Virus record (IMG/VR): IMGVR_UViG_3300045972_000025
Span: 1 to 58,678 of that record
Source: a virus
Taxonomy: Duplodnaviria; Caudoviricetes
DNA: 58,678 nucleotides
Direction: 5' to 3' (one strand)
The position numbers and the translations under genes are program-made. The notes beneath the pieces were generated by a model. The model had not been told where the DNA came from. It worked only from the letters and a program-made list of their open reading frames with translations, and did no database searches. This document shows positions 8,658 through 18,169 of this stretch, piece by piece; position 1 is the first letter of the stretch; each line of letters begins with the position of its first letter.

Positions 8658-11066
8658 ATGATAAAGCATTATACTGATCTAAATGAATTTAAAGCTGATG
8701 CTGGATCAAAAGGTCTGCGTTTAGAGACTAAGGATTCAGAACACCATGCTATTAAAGATGAAGAATTAGTAGGCATCTTTGATACTGATTTTAATGACGG
8801 GGTAATAGCTGATTCATATGAAGAGCTCGAATCTCATGCTGGTGCTGAATCTGAACAAGTAGATAATGAGATCAGGGAATTCGTTAACGAAGGTAGAGAA
8901 AAGCATTCTTCAGAAGCTGGAAAAGATTATACTGACTACAAGCAATTCATCCATGATGCTGAAGCAGCTGGGCTAGATGTTGAAATCGGTGGTCAAGGTG
9001 ATGCTGAATCTGGTCCTTCTGACTCATTAGGTGAGTTATATGCCCAGGATAAGGAAGGGAATATGCTTGGTATCTTTGATCAGGATACAGGCGAAGGCAT
9101 TTTGTTCGAGACATCTGAAGGATTTACGGAATATTGTAATACTGATCATTATGAAAAAGAAGCTGGATTCGTAGATGATACAGTAAAGAATACTATCGTC
9201 TATCTTAGGAAGAATAAGAATACTCTATTAAATCTCCTACGATCAGGTGGTCAGAATAAGTTACAGCAAGAATTAGCTAAGATCCCCGCTGGTGGAGGAT
9301 CTAAAGGATCTCTAGTTACCAATCAAGTAGAACAATGGTTGAATGGTACACTAAATGATAATTCATTAACTGATGGGTTAGAGAAGTTGTTGAAGCAATC
9401 CTCTCTCGGTCGTGAAGAAGATGGAACAGATTACGACGCTGATGGTGAAACCGATCTTAATAAGATGGGTGAAATACACGAAGATTATGATGTTAAGGTC
9501 GGCGACAAGGTGTCTGATTGGACACCTGAAGTAGAAAATGATGTAGATACTGTAGAAGCTGTTTATAACAATGGTGCTACTGAAGAGATGGTAATAAAAT
9601 CATCCAATGGCAAATACTATGGGATGAATAGAGAAGATGCATACTTCATGGAATTCATCGAAGGTCATGTTCCAGAATGGGTAATCAAGGCTGAAGAGAA
9701 GAAAGGTCAGAGATTCAATGATAAGGATAGAGAGATCCTAAAGAATATGGGGATCCAGGGCAAGAAAAGAGCTAGTCAGAAGACAGCTGCCCCTAAGATC
9801 ATAGGAGTCTCACAACAGATCGAGTCAGTCCTTAAGGATCTCATCCTCGGACCAGTACGTGATGTTATGCAGCGTCTCGGTACAAGTGTGGAGACTAAAG
9901 CTATTAAGGATACATACTTTGAACTAGACTCAGCTCTTCATAAGGCTTTAAAGCAAGCTCAAGTAGGCTCTAAGCTCATTGCTGATAATATTTCTAGAAT
10001 AAAAGAGAGTGCTGTCAAGCATGTCGAAGTAGTCGAGAAAGAATCTAGTAAGCAAGCTGGTCTAGAAGATCTAAATGATTATGCCCATGATATCGTAGAA
10101 GCTGTCTTCGTTGATCATCAACCATCAGAAGTTCGTAGATGGTGTGGTGGGAATAGTAGATTATTACAATCTATTGTAGGTCAATATATCAAGACTTTGT
10201 TCCCTGAATCTAATTTCGAACCAGATTCTACTGAATATGCCCATGTTCGTGATATGGCTATAACAGGGATAAAGAATTATTTTGAAGCAGGTGGATATGA
10301 CGAGCAAGGTGTGTCAGCACCAAAGAGAGCTCCCTTCAAGGAAGATGATGAAGTAGTCGACAATCTCCAATTTGATGATAAGGATAAAGACGTGCTAAAG
10401 AGTATGGGAATCAAAGGATCCTTCAACAAGTTTAACGCTTGTATGGAGAATGGTGGTCTTCAACATGTAGTAGAAGTTATGGCCCCTACTGAGATTGAAG
10501 GATTAGTATCTGAGTTACCTAATGATTATGCTTCTTATCCTGAGTTATCAAGTGTCAAGGATTTATTAGTAGATGCTTTGGTTAAGATTAATGAATTCGA
10601 AGCATCAAAGATGGCTAGCAAGTTTGCTTCATGTGGTAACTGCGAAGATTGTGAATGTGATAAAGAAGACCACAGTCATGCAGATGCCCCTGATTCTAAC
10701 ACCGCAGCTAATGTAGATACCACCGAACAGGGTGTAGATTCTTTCTATTCCGAGCATGATGCTGTATATGCCTCTTTAGATTCTACTAAGTTAATGTTAG
10801 AAGCATCTAAGTATGCTTCAACAGTTGAGATCGACGCTGTTACCGATGCTCCTACTGCTGAAGCCTTCGGGGACACAGTGGAAAATGCTGAAGCATTCCT
10901 GCTAGAAGCTGCTGATCGGTTTGAAGATGGTACTATTGCTGATATACAATCTGCTCTTCTAGCTGCTAACTACACAATCGGTGTAGCACAGAAGGCCATC
11001 GAGAATTGCTTAGGTCCTGAGGCTCTTCTAGTACTAAGTTCCCCTGTAAGTGATTTAATCAAGTAA
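8658..11066 (+). CDS. Large acidic protein with internal repeats; putative internal head protein
   Basis: 802 aa, D/E-rich; many K-x-A(S) motifs (KEAG, KTAA, KQAG, KMAS, KFAS, KYAS); two internal repeat pairs. Confidence 0.5.
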   Translation: MIKHYTDLNEFKADAGSKGLRLETKDSEHHAIKDEELVGIFDTDFNDGVIADSYEELESHAGAESEQVDNEIREFVNEGREKHSSEAGKDYTDYKQFIHDAEAAGLDVEIGGQGDAESGPSDSLGELYAQDKEGNMLGIFDQDTGEGILFETSEGFTEYCNTDHYEKEAGFVDDTVKNTIVYLRKNKNTLLNLLRSGGQNKLQQELAKIPAGGGSKGSLVTNQVEQWLNGTLNDNSLTDGLEKLLKQSSLGREEDGTDYDADGETDLNKMGEIHEDYDVKVGDKVSDWTPEVENDVDTVEAVYNNGATEEMVIKSSNGKYYGMNREDAYFMEFIEGHVPEWVIKAEEKKGQRFNDKDREILKNMGIQGKKRASQKTAAPKIIGVSQQIESVLKDLILGPVRDVMQRLGTSVETKAIKDTYFELDSALHKALKQAQVGSKLIADNISRIKESAVKHVEVVEKESSKQAGLEDLNDYAHDIVEAVFVDHQPSEVRRWCGGNSRLLQSIVGQYIKTLFPESNFEPDSTEYAHVRDMAITGIKNYFEAGGYDEQGVSAPKRAPFKEDDEVVDNLQFDDKDKDVLKSMGIKGSFNKFNACMENGGLQHVVEVMAPTEIEGLVSELPNDYASYPELSSVKDLLVDALVKINEFEASKMASKFASCGNCEDCECDKEDHSHADAPDSNTAANVDTTEQGVDSFYSEHDAVYASLDSTKLMLEASKYASTVEIDAVTDAPTAEAFGDTVENAEAFLLEAADRFEDGTIADIQSALLAANYTIGVAQKAIENCLGPEALLVLSSPVSDLIK

Positions 11067-11116
11067 CTATTTCTATAACAATGATTTTATACTTTATATT
11101 AAGTGAGGAGCAATAA

Positions 11117-11782
11117 ATGGCTAATTCTAACTATCTATACCGCCAAGGTGCTAGTGCCCAGACAAAAGCTGTAGTCAGTACACGATTCAAGCTCTATTCC
11201 CATGCTGTCGGAGTAGGTAAGTTTGCTCGTATCGGTGTCACCAGCAGCTTCCAGTTATCAGAATCAAGAAACATCGAAGCCATTCGTGGTCTAGGTTTCG
11301 GTGATCAGGTAGCTGAGCTTATTCCTGGTGTAACTGCCCCAATGACCCTTACTGTAGACAGAACCGCTCTTTATCTACAGAATCTTCAACAGCAGTTCGG
11401 CTACAAGGCTGGTGTATCTGGTCTAGTACGTTCGTTGAAGCATCACAAGTGGCCTTTCGACATCAAGACCGAGATCGTATTCTCTGAACTAGAATCTGAG
11501 AATCCTGATCGCAGCCAAGCGACTCCTGCCATCGTAACTAATAACGAAGGTGGATTAAACAACCTAGGTAATCCTGGTCTGTACGCCATTGTTACTGTAT
11601 ACGAAGGTTGCTGGATGACTAGCTACTCTACTGGTTATCAGGTAGAACAGGCTGCTGTAACTGAGAATTGCAGCATTATGGTAAGCGACGTATTCGACAT
11701 CTCTGGTTCAGTATATGGAGAGTTCATCGATAGTGGCTTGAACAACAGTGATGTAACGGGTCGTTCAATCCGTTATCAGTAA
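11117..11782 (+). CDS. Tail tube protein
   Basis: 221 aa near the sheath gene; RIGVTSSFQLSESRNIEAIRGLG...ELIPG...YEGCW pattern typical of myovirus tubes; GAGGAG RBS. Confidence 0.7.
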   Translation: MANSNYLYRQGASAQTKAVVSTRFKLYSHAVGVGKFARIGVTSSFQLSESRNIEAIRGLGFGDQVAELIPGVTAPMTLTVDRTALYLQNLQQQFGYKAGVSGLVRSLKHHKWPFDIKTEIVFSELESENPDRSQATPAIVTNNEGGLNNLGNPGLYAIVTVYEGCWMTSYSTGYQVEQAAVTENCSIMVSDVFDISGSVYGEFIDSGLNNSDVTGRSIRYQ

Positions 11783-11801
11783 AATATAATTTCCTCACTT
11801 T

Positions 11802-11830
11802 AATGGCTCCTGAAAGGGAGCCATTTTATT
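11802..11830 (+). terminator. Rho-independent terminator
   Basis: aatggctcct-gaaa-gggagccatt followed by ttatt. Confidence 0.8.
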
Positions 11831-11852
11831 ACTATCTATAGGTATCTAGATA

Positions 11853-11874
11853 GCTTCCTATCCCTTATATGATG
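11853..11874 (+). promoter_or_regulatory. Putative late promoter
   Basis: gcttc-ctatccc-ttatatgatg, directly after a terminator. Confidence 0.55.
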
Positions 11875-11891
11875 ACATCTTATAGGTACAT

Positions 11892-12713
11892 ATGAGACAT
11901 ATTGCTAAGAAAAATTTCATGGATTTGGCTAAGGAACTTAGTCTAGAACATCTCCAACCCTTTCTAGAAGGTCTTAGAAAGAATGTGATGCCATTGGTTC
12001 CAACAGATGATCCAAAGCTCCATAAGATGTTCGTAGATACAGAGAATAAAATTTATGGTATCATGAAGAAACTACATGATGAATCAACACTCATGGCAGT
12101 TAATAATGAAGCATCAAAGACGAGTACAAAAGCTGCTGCGTTAAAAGCTATATGGGCTAAGAAAAAGAAAGCTCTAGATGCAGTGAATGAAGAACTCGGT
12201 AAACCTACTTATGAACCTAGAAAAGATTTCGATAGAAATGATAGTCCTTTCTACTCTAAGGGAACTGAGACTAATTTAGTAGCTCCTGATCCCCCACATG
12301 ACCCAAAGGTTGGTGCTTTCGAGCAGATGCCTAAGTTGTTCAATGATTCAATAAAAGAACTCTGTCGCGTTGCTATGAATAATGGATATGCTCGGGTCGT
12401 AGCTACCCCAGCTAAAGTCAATTTTAAGAAGCGTATAGAAGACTCTGGTTATGATTATGATGTAGAATATAAGAAGACACCAGAAGGTTGGAAGATGCAG
12501 GGTGGAGAAGTTCGTACTAAGTATGAATTTGCCCCTGATATCGAGATGTTCGTAAGAAGATTGAAATCAGCTGACATCAAGCAGCATCCAGCTCCTGAGA
12601 AACTTCCTCCTCGTGATGACATCAGAACTCATATGGATCAGGAAGTAAAGAAGGAAATACAGAACGACCCTGATCTTAAGAAAGAAGCTCGTCGTAGTAT
12701 GAGAAGGAAATAA
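11892..12713 (+). CDS. Hypothetical head-module protein
   Basis: 273-aa charged ORF directly upstream of the protease. Confidence 0.55.
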   Translation: MRHIAKKNFMDLAKELSLEHLQPFLEGLRKNVMPLVPTDDPKLHKMFVDTENKIYGIMKKLHDESTLMAVNNEASKTSTKAAALKAIWAKKKKALDAVNEELGKPTYEPRKDFDRNDSPFYSKGTETNLVAPDPPHDPKVGAFEQMPKLFNDSIKELCRVAMNNGYARVVATPAKVNFKKRIEDSGYDYDVEYKKTPEGWKMQGGEVRTKYEFAPDIEMFVRRLKSADIKQHPAPEKLPPRDDIRTHMDQEVKKEIQNDPDLKKEARRSMRRK

Positions 12714-12714
12714 A

Positions 12715-13599
12715 ATGGGTATAAAGAAATCAGCAGCAGCTAAAGTACAAGATCCAATATTCTCTCTAAATGATTGGCAGAGTCTACATGGAGATCGTAT
12801 ACGATCATCTATGTTAAAGACAGCAGCGTTACCTAATGATAAGAAATATCTATTATCACACTGCACAATTATGGCTTCTGTTATGACAGAATCTGAACCT
12901 TATGATTGGTTCATTAAGCCAGAGACTAGTATCTATGTAAATAACAATGATGATTCTTGGGAGAATGAGGTTCTTCGTTTATCTCACAGATCTTTCGTAG
13001 GATCATTCAATTTCGTAGAGCATTATCAGAATACAAAAGAGTCGAAGGGAACCATTGTCGATTCAATCCTTAGAAGAATCAAAGTAGCTGATCCTGACCT
13101 ATGGGTATACTATTGTGATCTGTTAGTAGCTACTGCGTTAGAGCATGATGAGTTAGTAGAAGAGATCAAATCTGGTGATGTTCGCTACATGAGTATGGGA
13201 TGTGTTACAGATGTAGTTATCTGCTCATATTGCGGTCATCAAGTAAAAGAAGGTGATACGAATTGCTATCACTTATCCAGACATAAGGGTGAATTCCTTC
13301 CTGATAATGATGGAGTAGTTCGTCGTGTAGCTGAGCTCTGTGGACATAAATCATTACCAAATGGTGGTGTTACTTTCATCGAAGCTTCATGGGTTGAAAC
13401 TCCTGCTTTTCCTGGTGCAGTCAATCGCGGAATTATCGCTAATGAATGGTCAGGACCATCTGTTAATCCCAAGTCTGCGAGTGTTTTAGAAGGTAAGATG
13501 GCAAAAGCTGCATCTGGTTCATCTATAAATAATGAACTTTCTATCAATAATGTGGTGACTAATAGAGATATAGCCACTATGAACGCGATGTTTAAATAA
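12715..13599 (+). CDS. Prohead (capsid maturation) protease with Zn-finger insertion
   Basis: NFVEH, YMSMGC, CSYCGH...CYH and FIEASWVETPAFPGA motifs; precedes scaffold, decoration protein and MCP. Confidence 0.75.
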   Translation: MGIKKSAAAKVQDPIFSLNDWQSLHGDRIRSSMLKTAALPNDKKYLLSHCTIMASVMTESEPYDWFIKPETSIYVNNNDDSWENEVLRLSHRSFVGSFNFVEHYQNTKESKGTIVDSILRRIKVADPDLWVYYCDLLVATALEHDELVEEIKSGDVRYMSMGCVTDVVICSYCGHQVKEGDTNCYHLSRHKGEFLPDNDGVVRRVAELCGHKSLPNGGVTFIEASWVETPAFPGAVNRGIIANEWSGPSVNPKSASVLEGKMAKAASGSSINNELSINNVVTNRDIATMNAMFK

Positions 13600-13655
13600 T
13601 AACTTAACACCTCATTAATAAGCCTCATCTTAAATAGGACCTTGAAAGGATAGAT

Positions 13656-14912
13656 ATGTCAAACCTGAGAAACCGGATTGCTGCCAGATTACAAGCTAAG
13701 AAGTCAGAGGAGCTCAAGAAAGCTTCTCAGATTAAAGCAGCTGCCTCATGGACCATCGCAAAGACGATGTTACCAAACGCTCCTACTCCTGTACAAGAGA
13801 AGTTAGCCACTGCGCTATTAGCTTCTGGACAGAAGGTCCTCGTAGCTGCTCTAAGACAGACTGCTATCAATGCCTCTTATGCTAAGATGGCTGAGACCCT
13901 CAAAGAAGTCCACAAGGTTTCTCTCAATGACTTGATGGAAGATGAGTCTCTCTTGAAGAAGCTCAAGAACGAAGTCACCAAGGAACTCAAGACTGATGAA
14001 GCCGTCAAAGTCGCTAAGGCTAAGAAGGCTGATGAAGTCTCTGATGCTCCTGCAGAAGACCTTCCAGTAGAAGACGCTCCTATCGATGATCTACCTCCTG
14101 CTGATCTACCTTCATTAGATGCTCCTGCTGATCTACCTCCTGCTCCTGTAACTGATTCTCCAGTAATTCCTGCTGAGAATAAGGTCGAACTTCACAATAA
14201 GATCGATCAGGCTGAACAAGCCATCTCTGATCTCGAGAGAGAAATCATGAATACTCAGGAGTCAGAACTCAACATTGAAGCTGCCTTCAATGATGAAGTA
14301 GCTGGTGAGAAGAAGATGAATCTAGCTCACGAGGAACATGTCCATGACGAGCAGTTCGAAGTAGATGTCGATTGGGATGATGATTCTGAGTTAATCCCTG
14401 ACCTCAAGGACCAGGAAGAATCTCATGAGGAAGATGGCTTCTTCGGACCTTCTAGCGTTGAGACCATGGAAGCTTCTCTTGATGGTGACGAAGGTTTCGA
14501 TGTTGCTGCTGAGTCTGATGCCAGCCAGTTCTTCACTGGTAAGGAATCAAGCCAGATCGATCAACTAGGTCAGTTAATGCACAGAGCTAGTGATGTTGTT
14601 AAGCCTGGTACTCTCGCCGATAACTTCGAAGCTGACTTCGATGATTCTCGTGATTTCGATACCGATCATGAAGATTCAATCCTCGGCGATCTTTTAGGTA
14701 AGTTACCTCAGGCTGAGATGGAACAAGAGCGTGACACTGAGCCTTCTATGGAACTTCCTAAGAATGCTAAAGCTGCTAAGCTCCAGCCCAAGACTCTCGT
14801 TCGTGCTAAAGGTGGAAAGCCTGTTAAGTCATTAGGTGATGTAGTCTCCACCAATAAGACTGCTTCTGAGTCTGATCTCATTGCTCGTGCTCTTTTCGGC
14901 GACGAAGAATAA
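13656..14912 (+). CDS. Capsid scaffolding protein (putative)
   Basis: Acidic, Pro-rich and coiled-coil; located between protease and capsid genes. Confidence 0.6.
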   Translation: MSNLRNRIAARLQAKKSEELKKASQIKAAASWTIAKTMLPNAPTPVQEKLATALLASGQKVLVAALRQTAINASYAKMAETLKEVHKVSLNDLMEDESLLKKLKNEVTKELKTDEAVKVAKAKKADEVSDAPAEDLPVEDAPIDDLPPADLPSLDAPADLPPAPVTDSPVIPAENKVELHNKIDQAEQAISDLEREIMNTQESELNIEAAFNDEVAGEKKMNLAHEEHVHDEQFEVDVDWDDDSELIPDLKDQEESHEEDGFFGPSSVETMEASLDGDEGFDVAAESDASQFFTGKESSQIDQLGQLMHRASDVVKPGTLADNFEADFDDSRDFDTDHEDSILGDLLGKLPQAEMEQERDTEPSMELPKNAKAAKLQPKTLVRAKGGKPVKSLGDVVSTNKTASESDLIARALFGDEE

Positions 14913-14932
14913 TCGATAATATTTTCTAGTAG

Positions 14933-14959
14933 AAGAGGCCTACAAAGGCCTCTTTTATT
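14933..14959 (+). terminator. Rho-independent terminator
   Basis: aagaggcct-acaa-aggcctctt followed by ttatt. Confidence 0.8.
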
Positions 14960-15022
14960 ATACAGGGTATATTATTTTACTGTAACTGACTCTGCTAAAC
15001 TTATCTATATAATAGTATAGTT

Positions 15023-15044
15023 ACTTCTAATCATTATTATGAAT
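15023..15044 (+). promoter_or_regulatory. Putative late promoter of the capsid operon
   Basis: acttc-taatcat-tattatgaat. Confidence 0.5.
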
Positions 15045-15111
15045 CGAGCAATCTATGTAGAACTCGCCGTCTTGGCTGTTCGGGTTGTTCAAAATATTAG
15101 AGGAGTTATCC

Positions 15112-15621
15112 ATGTCAATGGATTTCGAATACTACGGACAGAATGACGGAACCGTCGCTCCTGACGTAGCCCTAACAGGCGATCCCTCTGTAGACCAGGG
15201 TGTCTTAAAGACTGCTGGTTACTACGGTGGAAAGATCATGGCTCTCAAGACTTCCGCAACTGGTGGTCGTGGTGTTGTCGTGGTTCCTTGCAACGGTGCC
15301 ACAATGACCCCTTATGGTGTCTTGATCAATGGTGCTGGTAACTATGCTGAGTCAATCGGACCTTCTGGTTCAAGAAAGACCCCCATTGTTCGTGCATTCG
15401 CCAAAATCAAGGTTTCTAACGAAGGTACTAACGACCTTTGCTACGAAACTTCACCCACAGCTGCTTATGCCGTCGGTGGTCTTCTTTATGCTGGTGACGG
15501 AACCACAGCTGCCCTAGGCACCTGGACTTCTGACAAGGCTGTAGGAGCTCTCAACGCTGGAATTTGCACCCACATCCCAACTGGTGCTGAGCCTTGGCTC
15601 GGCGTCGCCATGTTGTTCTAA
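15112..15621 (+). CDS. Head decoration / minor capsid protein (putative)
   Basis: Gly/Ala/Thr-rich ~170 aa immediately upstream of MCP; GAGGAG RBS supports ATG 15112. Confidence 0.6.
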   Translation: MSMDFEYYGQNDGTVAPDVALTGDPSVDQGVLKTAGYYGGKIMALKTSATGGRGVVVVPCNGATMTPYGVLINGAGNYAESIGPSGSRKTPIVRAFAKIKVSNEGTNDLCYETSPTAAYAVGGLLYAGDGTTAALGTWTSDKAVGALNAGICTHIPTGAEPWLGVAMLF

Positions 15622-15633
15622 GGAGAGGCGAAA

Positions 15634-16539
15634 ATGAGAACTCTATCACGCACTCAGCAACAGATGGCTCAGTTAGGCCAGCTCTTAAAGTCCCCTGGTG
15701 GACGTCAGAAGCTTGCTTCTGCCCTAGGACCCTCACTCCGTAGACGTAGAGACTACATGAGCATCGCTCGTAAGGCTCTAATGGTAGAAACACTCCCTGA
15801 GGGTGCACTTCCTATCTACGACAAGGAATTCGACGAAACTGGTCGCTCCTTCGTAGAAGCTTACGTCGTCGGTGAAGAAGGTGGCGATATCATGAAGGTT
15901 ACAAAGCCAAAGCGCGTAACCGTTCCTACCTTTGATATCACCAGCAATCCCATGATTCCCATCAGCCAGATCAAGGAACGTCGTTTTGACATCGTCGAAC
16001 GCGCTCTAAATCTTGCCAAGGCTGAAATCGGTGCCGTAGAAGATGGTTATGTCTTCGGCCTATTCGATGCTATCGCTACCGCTGCTATCGGCGCTACCGA
16101 TACCGATCCTCTTTACAACTCCGACGTAGCTGTTAGTGGTGCAGTAACTCCTGCCCTATTAGCTGATGCCTTCGGTAAGGTAGAGCGTCACGACATTAGC
16201 GTCGCCTTCGTATTCATGAATCCCCGTGACTACACCGATCTACGTAAGTGGACCGATGCCACCGTCGATCGTGAGACCGAGCGTAAGTTGCTCAAGACTG
16301 GTGTAATGGGTTATGTTTGGGGTGCCACCGTACTCCAGAGCAGAAAAGTAACCGTTGGTGTTGTATACGTACTCGGCGATGCTGAGTTCCTAGGTGTAAT
16401 CCCCGAGCGTATTCCTCTAACCGTTATGTCTGCTGATCGCCCTGACCTTCGTCAGATCGGTTTCGCTTGCTTCGAGAATCTCGGATTCTTGACCTGGAAC
16501 GTTTCAGCCGTTTGTCGTCTAGCTATCACCAGACCATAA
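15634..16539 (+). CDS. Major capsid protein (HK97 fold)
   Basis: 301 aa; LPEGALPIYDK, RRFDIVERA, FMNPRDYTDLRKW and GYVWGATVLQS motifs; strongly biased codon usage; strong terminator downstream. Confidence 0.85.
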   Translation: MRTLSRTQQQMAQLGQLLKSPGGRQKLASALGPSLRRRRDYMSIARKALMVETLPEGALPIYDKEFDETGRSFVEAYVVGEEGGDIMKVTKPKRVTVPTFDITSNPMIPISQIKERRFDIVERALNLAKAEIGAVEDGYVFGLFDAIATAAIGATDTDPLYNSDVAVSGAVTPALLADAFGKVERHDISVAFVFMNPRDYTDLRKWTDATVDRETERKLLKTGVMGYVWGATVLQSRKVTVGVVYVLGDAEFLGVIPERIPLTVMSADRPDLRQIGFACFENLGFLTWNVSAVCRLAITRP

Positions 16540-16566
16540 ACCTAACAGAAGATTCATTCTTCTTTT

Positions 16567-16593
16567 AAAGGAGCCTTCGGGCTCCTTTTTATT
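16567..16593 (+). terminator. Rho-independent terminator (UUCG loop)
   Basis: aaaggagcc-ttcg-ggctccttt followed by ttatt. Confidence 0.9.
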
Positions 16594-16664
16594 ACTTAAA
16601 TATAAAATAGTTATTTCCTAGACTATTAATGTTAGAGAGATATTAATTCAAGGAGTTATACTAT

Positions 16665-17108
16665 ATGATGAATTCATATACATTCAAGCAGTCTGTAACC
16701 TTCACTGAACATAACTTTCAGTCTCGCATAGGGGATCTCTGTATATATCATACTGATACACAGCACTTAGTCACCTATAGAGAGGATGCATTAGCTGCTC
16801 AGTTCCCTGTTCGCCAGATAGCCTTAGACTCTATGGAAGAGAAGGGCTGGCTCGTACGTACCCAGGCTCCTGAGTTAGAGAAGAAGGTTGAGATCGATGA
16901 AGTCGTAGTACCTGTGACAGAGGAAGTCTTTGATCAGACTATCAAGGATGAAGATACTCAGGAAGTCTTAGAGTCAGGATCTACTGAAGAACTAGTCGAA
17001 AATGATACTGATGATTCAGTAGACAATGATGAAGAAGAGACTGAGGTCGAAGAAGGCTCAGCAGAAGATAAGCCAAAGCGTCGTGGTGGTCGTCCTAAGA
17101 AGAAGTAG
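16665..17108 (+). CDS. Hypothetical protein with acidic linker and basic C-terminal tail
   Basis: AGGAG RBS; ends KPKRRGGRPKKK. Confidence 0.65.
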   Translation: MMNSYTFKQSVTFTEHNFQSRIGDLCIYHTDTQHLVTYREDALAAQFPVRQIALDSMEEKGWLVRTQAPELEKKVEIDEVVVPVTEEVFDQTIKDEDTQEVLESGSTEELVENDTDDSVDNDEEETEVEEGSAEDKPKRRGGRPKKK

Positions 17109-17128
17109 TATATTGTAGCTTTGGGATT

Positions 17129-17157
17129 TCGGCCTTCTAGATGAAGGCCGATTTTAT
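17129..17157 (+). terminator. Rho-independent terminator
   Basis: tcggccttc-tagat-gaaggccga followed by ttttat. Confidence 0.75.
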
Positions 17158-17166
17158 AGGGAAGTT

Positions 17167-17895
17167 ATGAAATTCTTATCATTCAAGATCAGAGATTTCG
17201 TGAACTTAGAGAAAACAGCTAAGATAGCTTTCTCTCTTAAGGATCTAGTTAACCTTACTAGTGAGCAAGGTGTAAGAAAATCTAAGAATTGTAATATCTC
17301 GGTTAAGAATGTAGATCTGGATTCGATGCTCTTAACTTACAATGTTAGATGTAAGGAGAAAGGATCTGATCCTAAGGGACATGTCGTTAAGATTCAATTC
17401 GACCCATCCCAGATAGATGATAAATCTACTATAAATGATCTAGATGTTAGAGTATCTTGTGGGTGTCCTGCATTCCTATACTGGGGAGCTCAGTGGAATC
17501 TAGCTCAGGGAGATGCTTTAGAGGGAGAACCTCGACCTTTATTACAAGCTCCAACCGATCCAGCTAGATTCCAGAATGTCATTTGTAAGCATCTCAAGGT
17601 AGTTAGTGATAGAGTCAATCCGTTCTTGAAGCGACTATTAGATAAGTATAAAGAGAAATCTACTGAGAAGACTCTTGAGCGTTATGAACCTACAGCTCCC
17701 AGTGTTAAACAAATAGAAGAGCCTGACGACGATGAGATTGTTGAGATCAATCCTGAACCTAAAAAGGTAGAGAAGAAAGTTCCTGAGAAGAAAGAAGAAC
17801 CAAAGAAAGAAGATAAGAAGATTAAAGAAAAAGTAGAGAAACCTAAGAAAGAAGAGAAAGTCGTTGAAAGAACCAATCCAGTGAAGTCGTATTAA
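17167..17895 (+). CDS. SWIM zinc-finger domain protein
   Basis: VRVSCGCPAFLYWG...ICKHL (CxC...CxH). Confidence 0.7.
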   Translation: MKFLSFKIRDFVNLEKTAKIAFSLKDLVNLTSEQGVRKSKNCNISVKNVDLDSMLLTYNVRCKEKGSDPKGHVVKIQFDPSQIDDKSTINDLDVRVSCGCPAFLYWGAQWNLAQGDALEGEPRPLLQAPTDPARFQNVICKHLKVVSDRVNPFLKRLLDKYKEKSTEKTLERYEPTAPSVKQIEEPDDDEIVEINPEPKKVEKKVPEKKEEPKKEDKKIKEKVEKPKKEEKVVERTNPVKSY

Positions 17896-17905
17896 TAGTT
17901 TGTTG

Positions 17906-17927
17906 ACTTCATGACCTTTAATTGATG
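17906..17927 (+). promoter_or_regulatory. Putative late promoter
   Basis: acttc-atgacct-ttaattgatg. Confidence 0.55.
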
Positions 17928-17948
17928 ATATAACTATGGAGAATTATC

Positions 17949-18140
17949 ATGGCAAAAATTCAAGAACCCGATGCTAGCGTACTTAACAGACTAGCTGCTA
18001 AATCTGCTGGCAAGACTGCTACTGAAGGTCATTCAGAAGTAGCATTCAAGGATCATGAGGAATTCCTAGCTACCTTAGATGATATCCTCTCAGAAGACAA
18101 CAAAACATCTTGGGATCCTAACGAGCCTACTCTAGACTAA
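17949..18140 (+). CDS. Small hypothetical protein
   Basis: GGAG RBS; contains the RLAAKSAGKTA motif. Confidence 0.6.
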   Translation: MAKIQEPDASVLNRLAAKSAGKTATEGHSEVAFKDHEEFLATLDDILSEDNKTSWDPNEPTLD

Positions 18141-18169
18141 CTATTAAGTAGATCATAGGGATTGACGAT

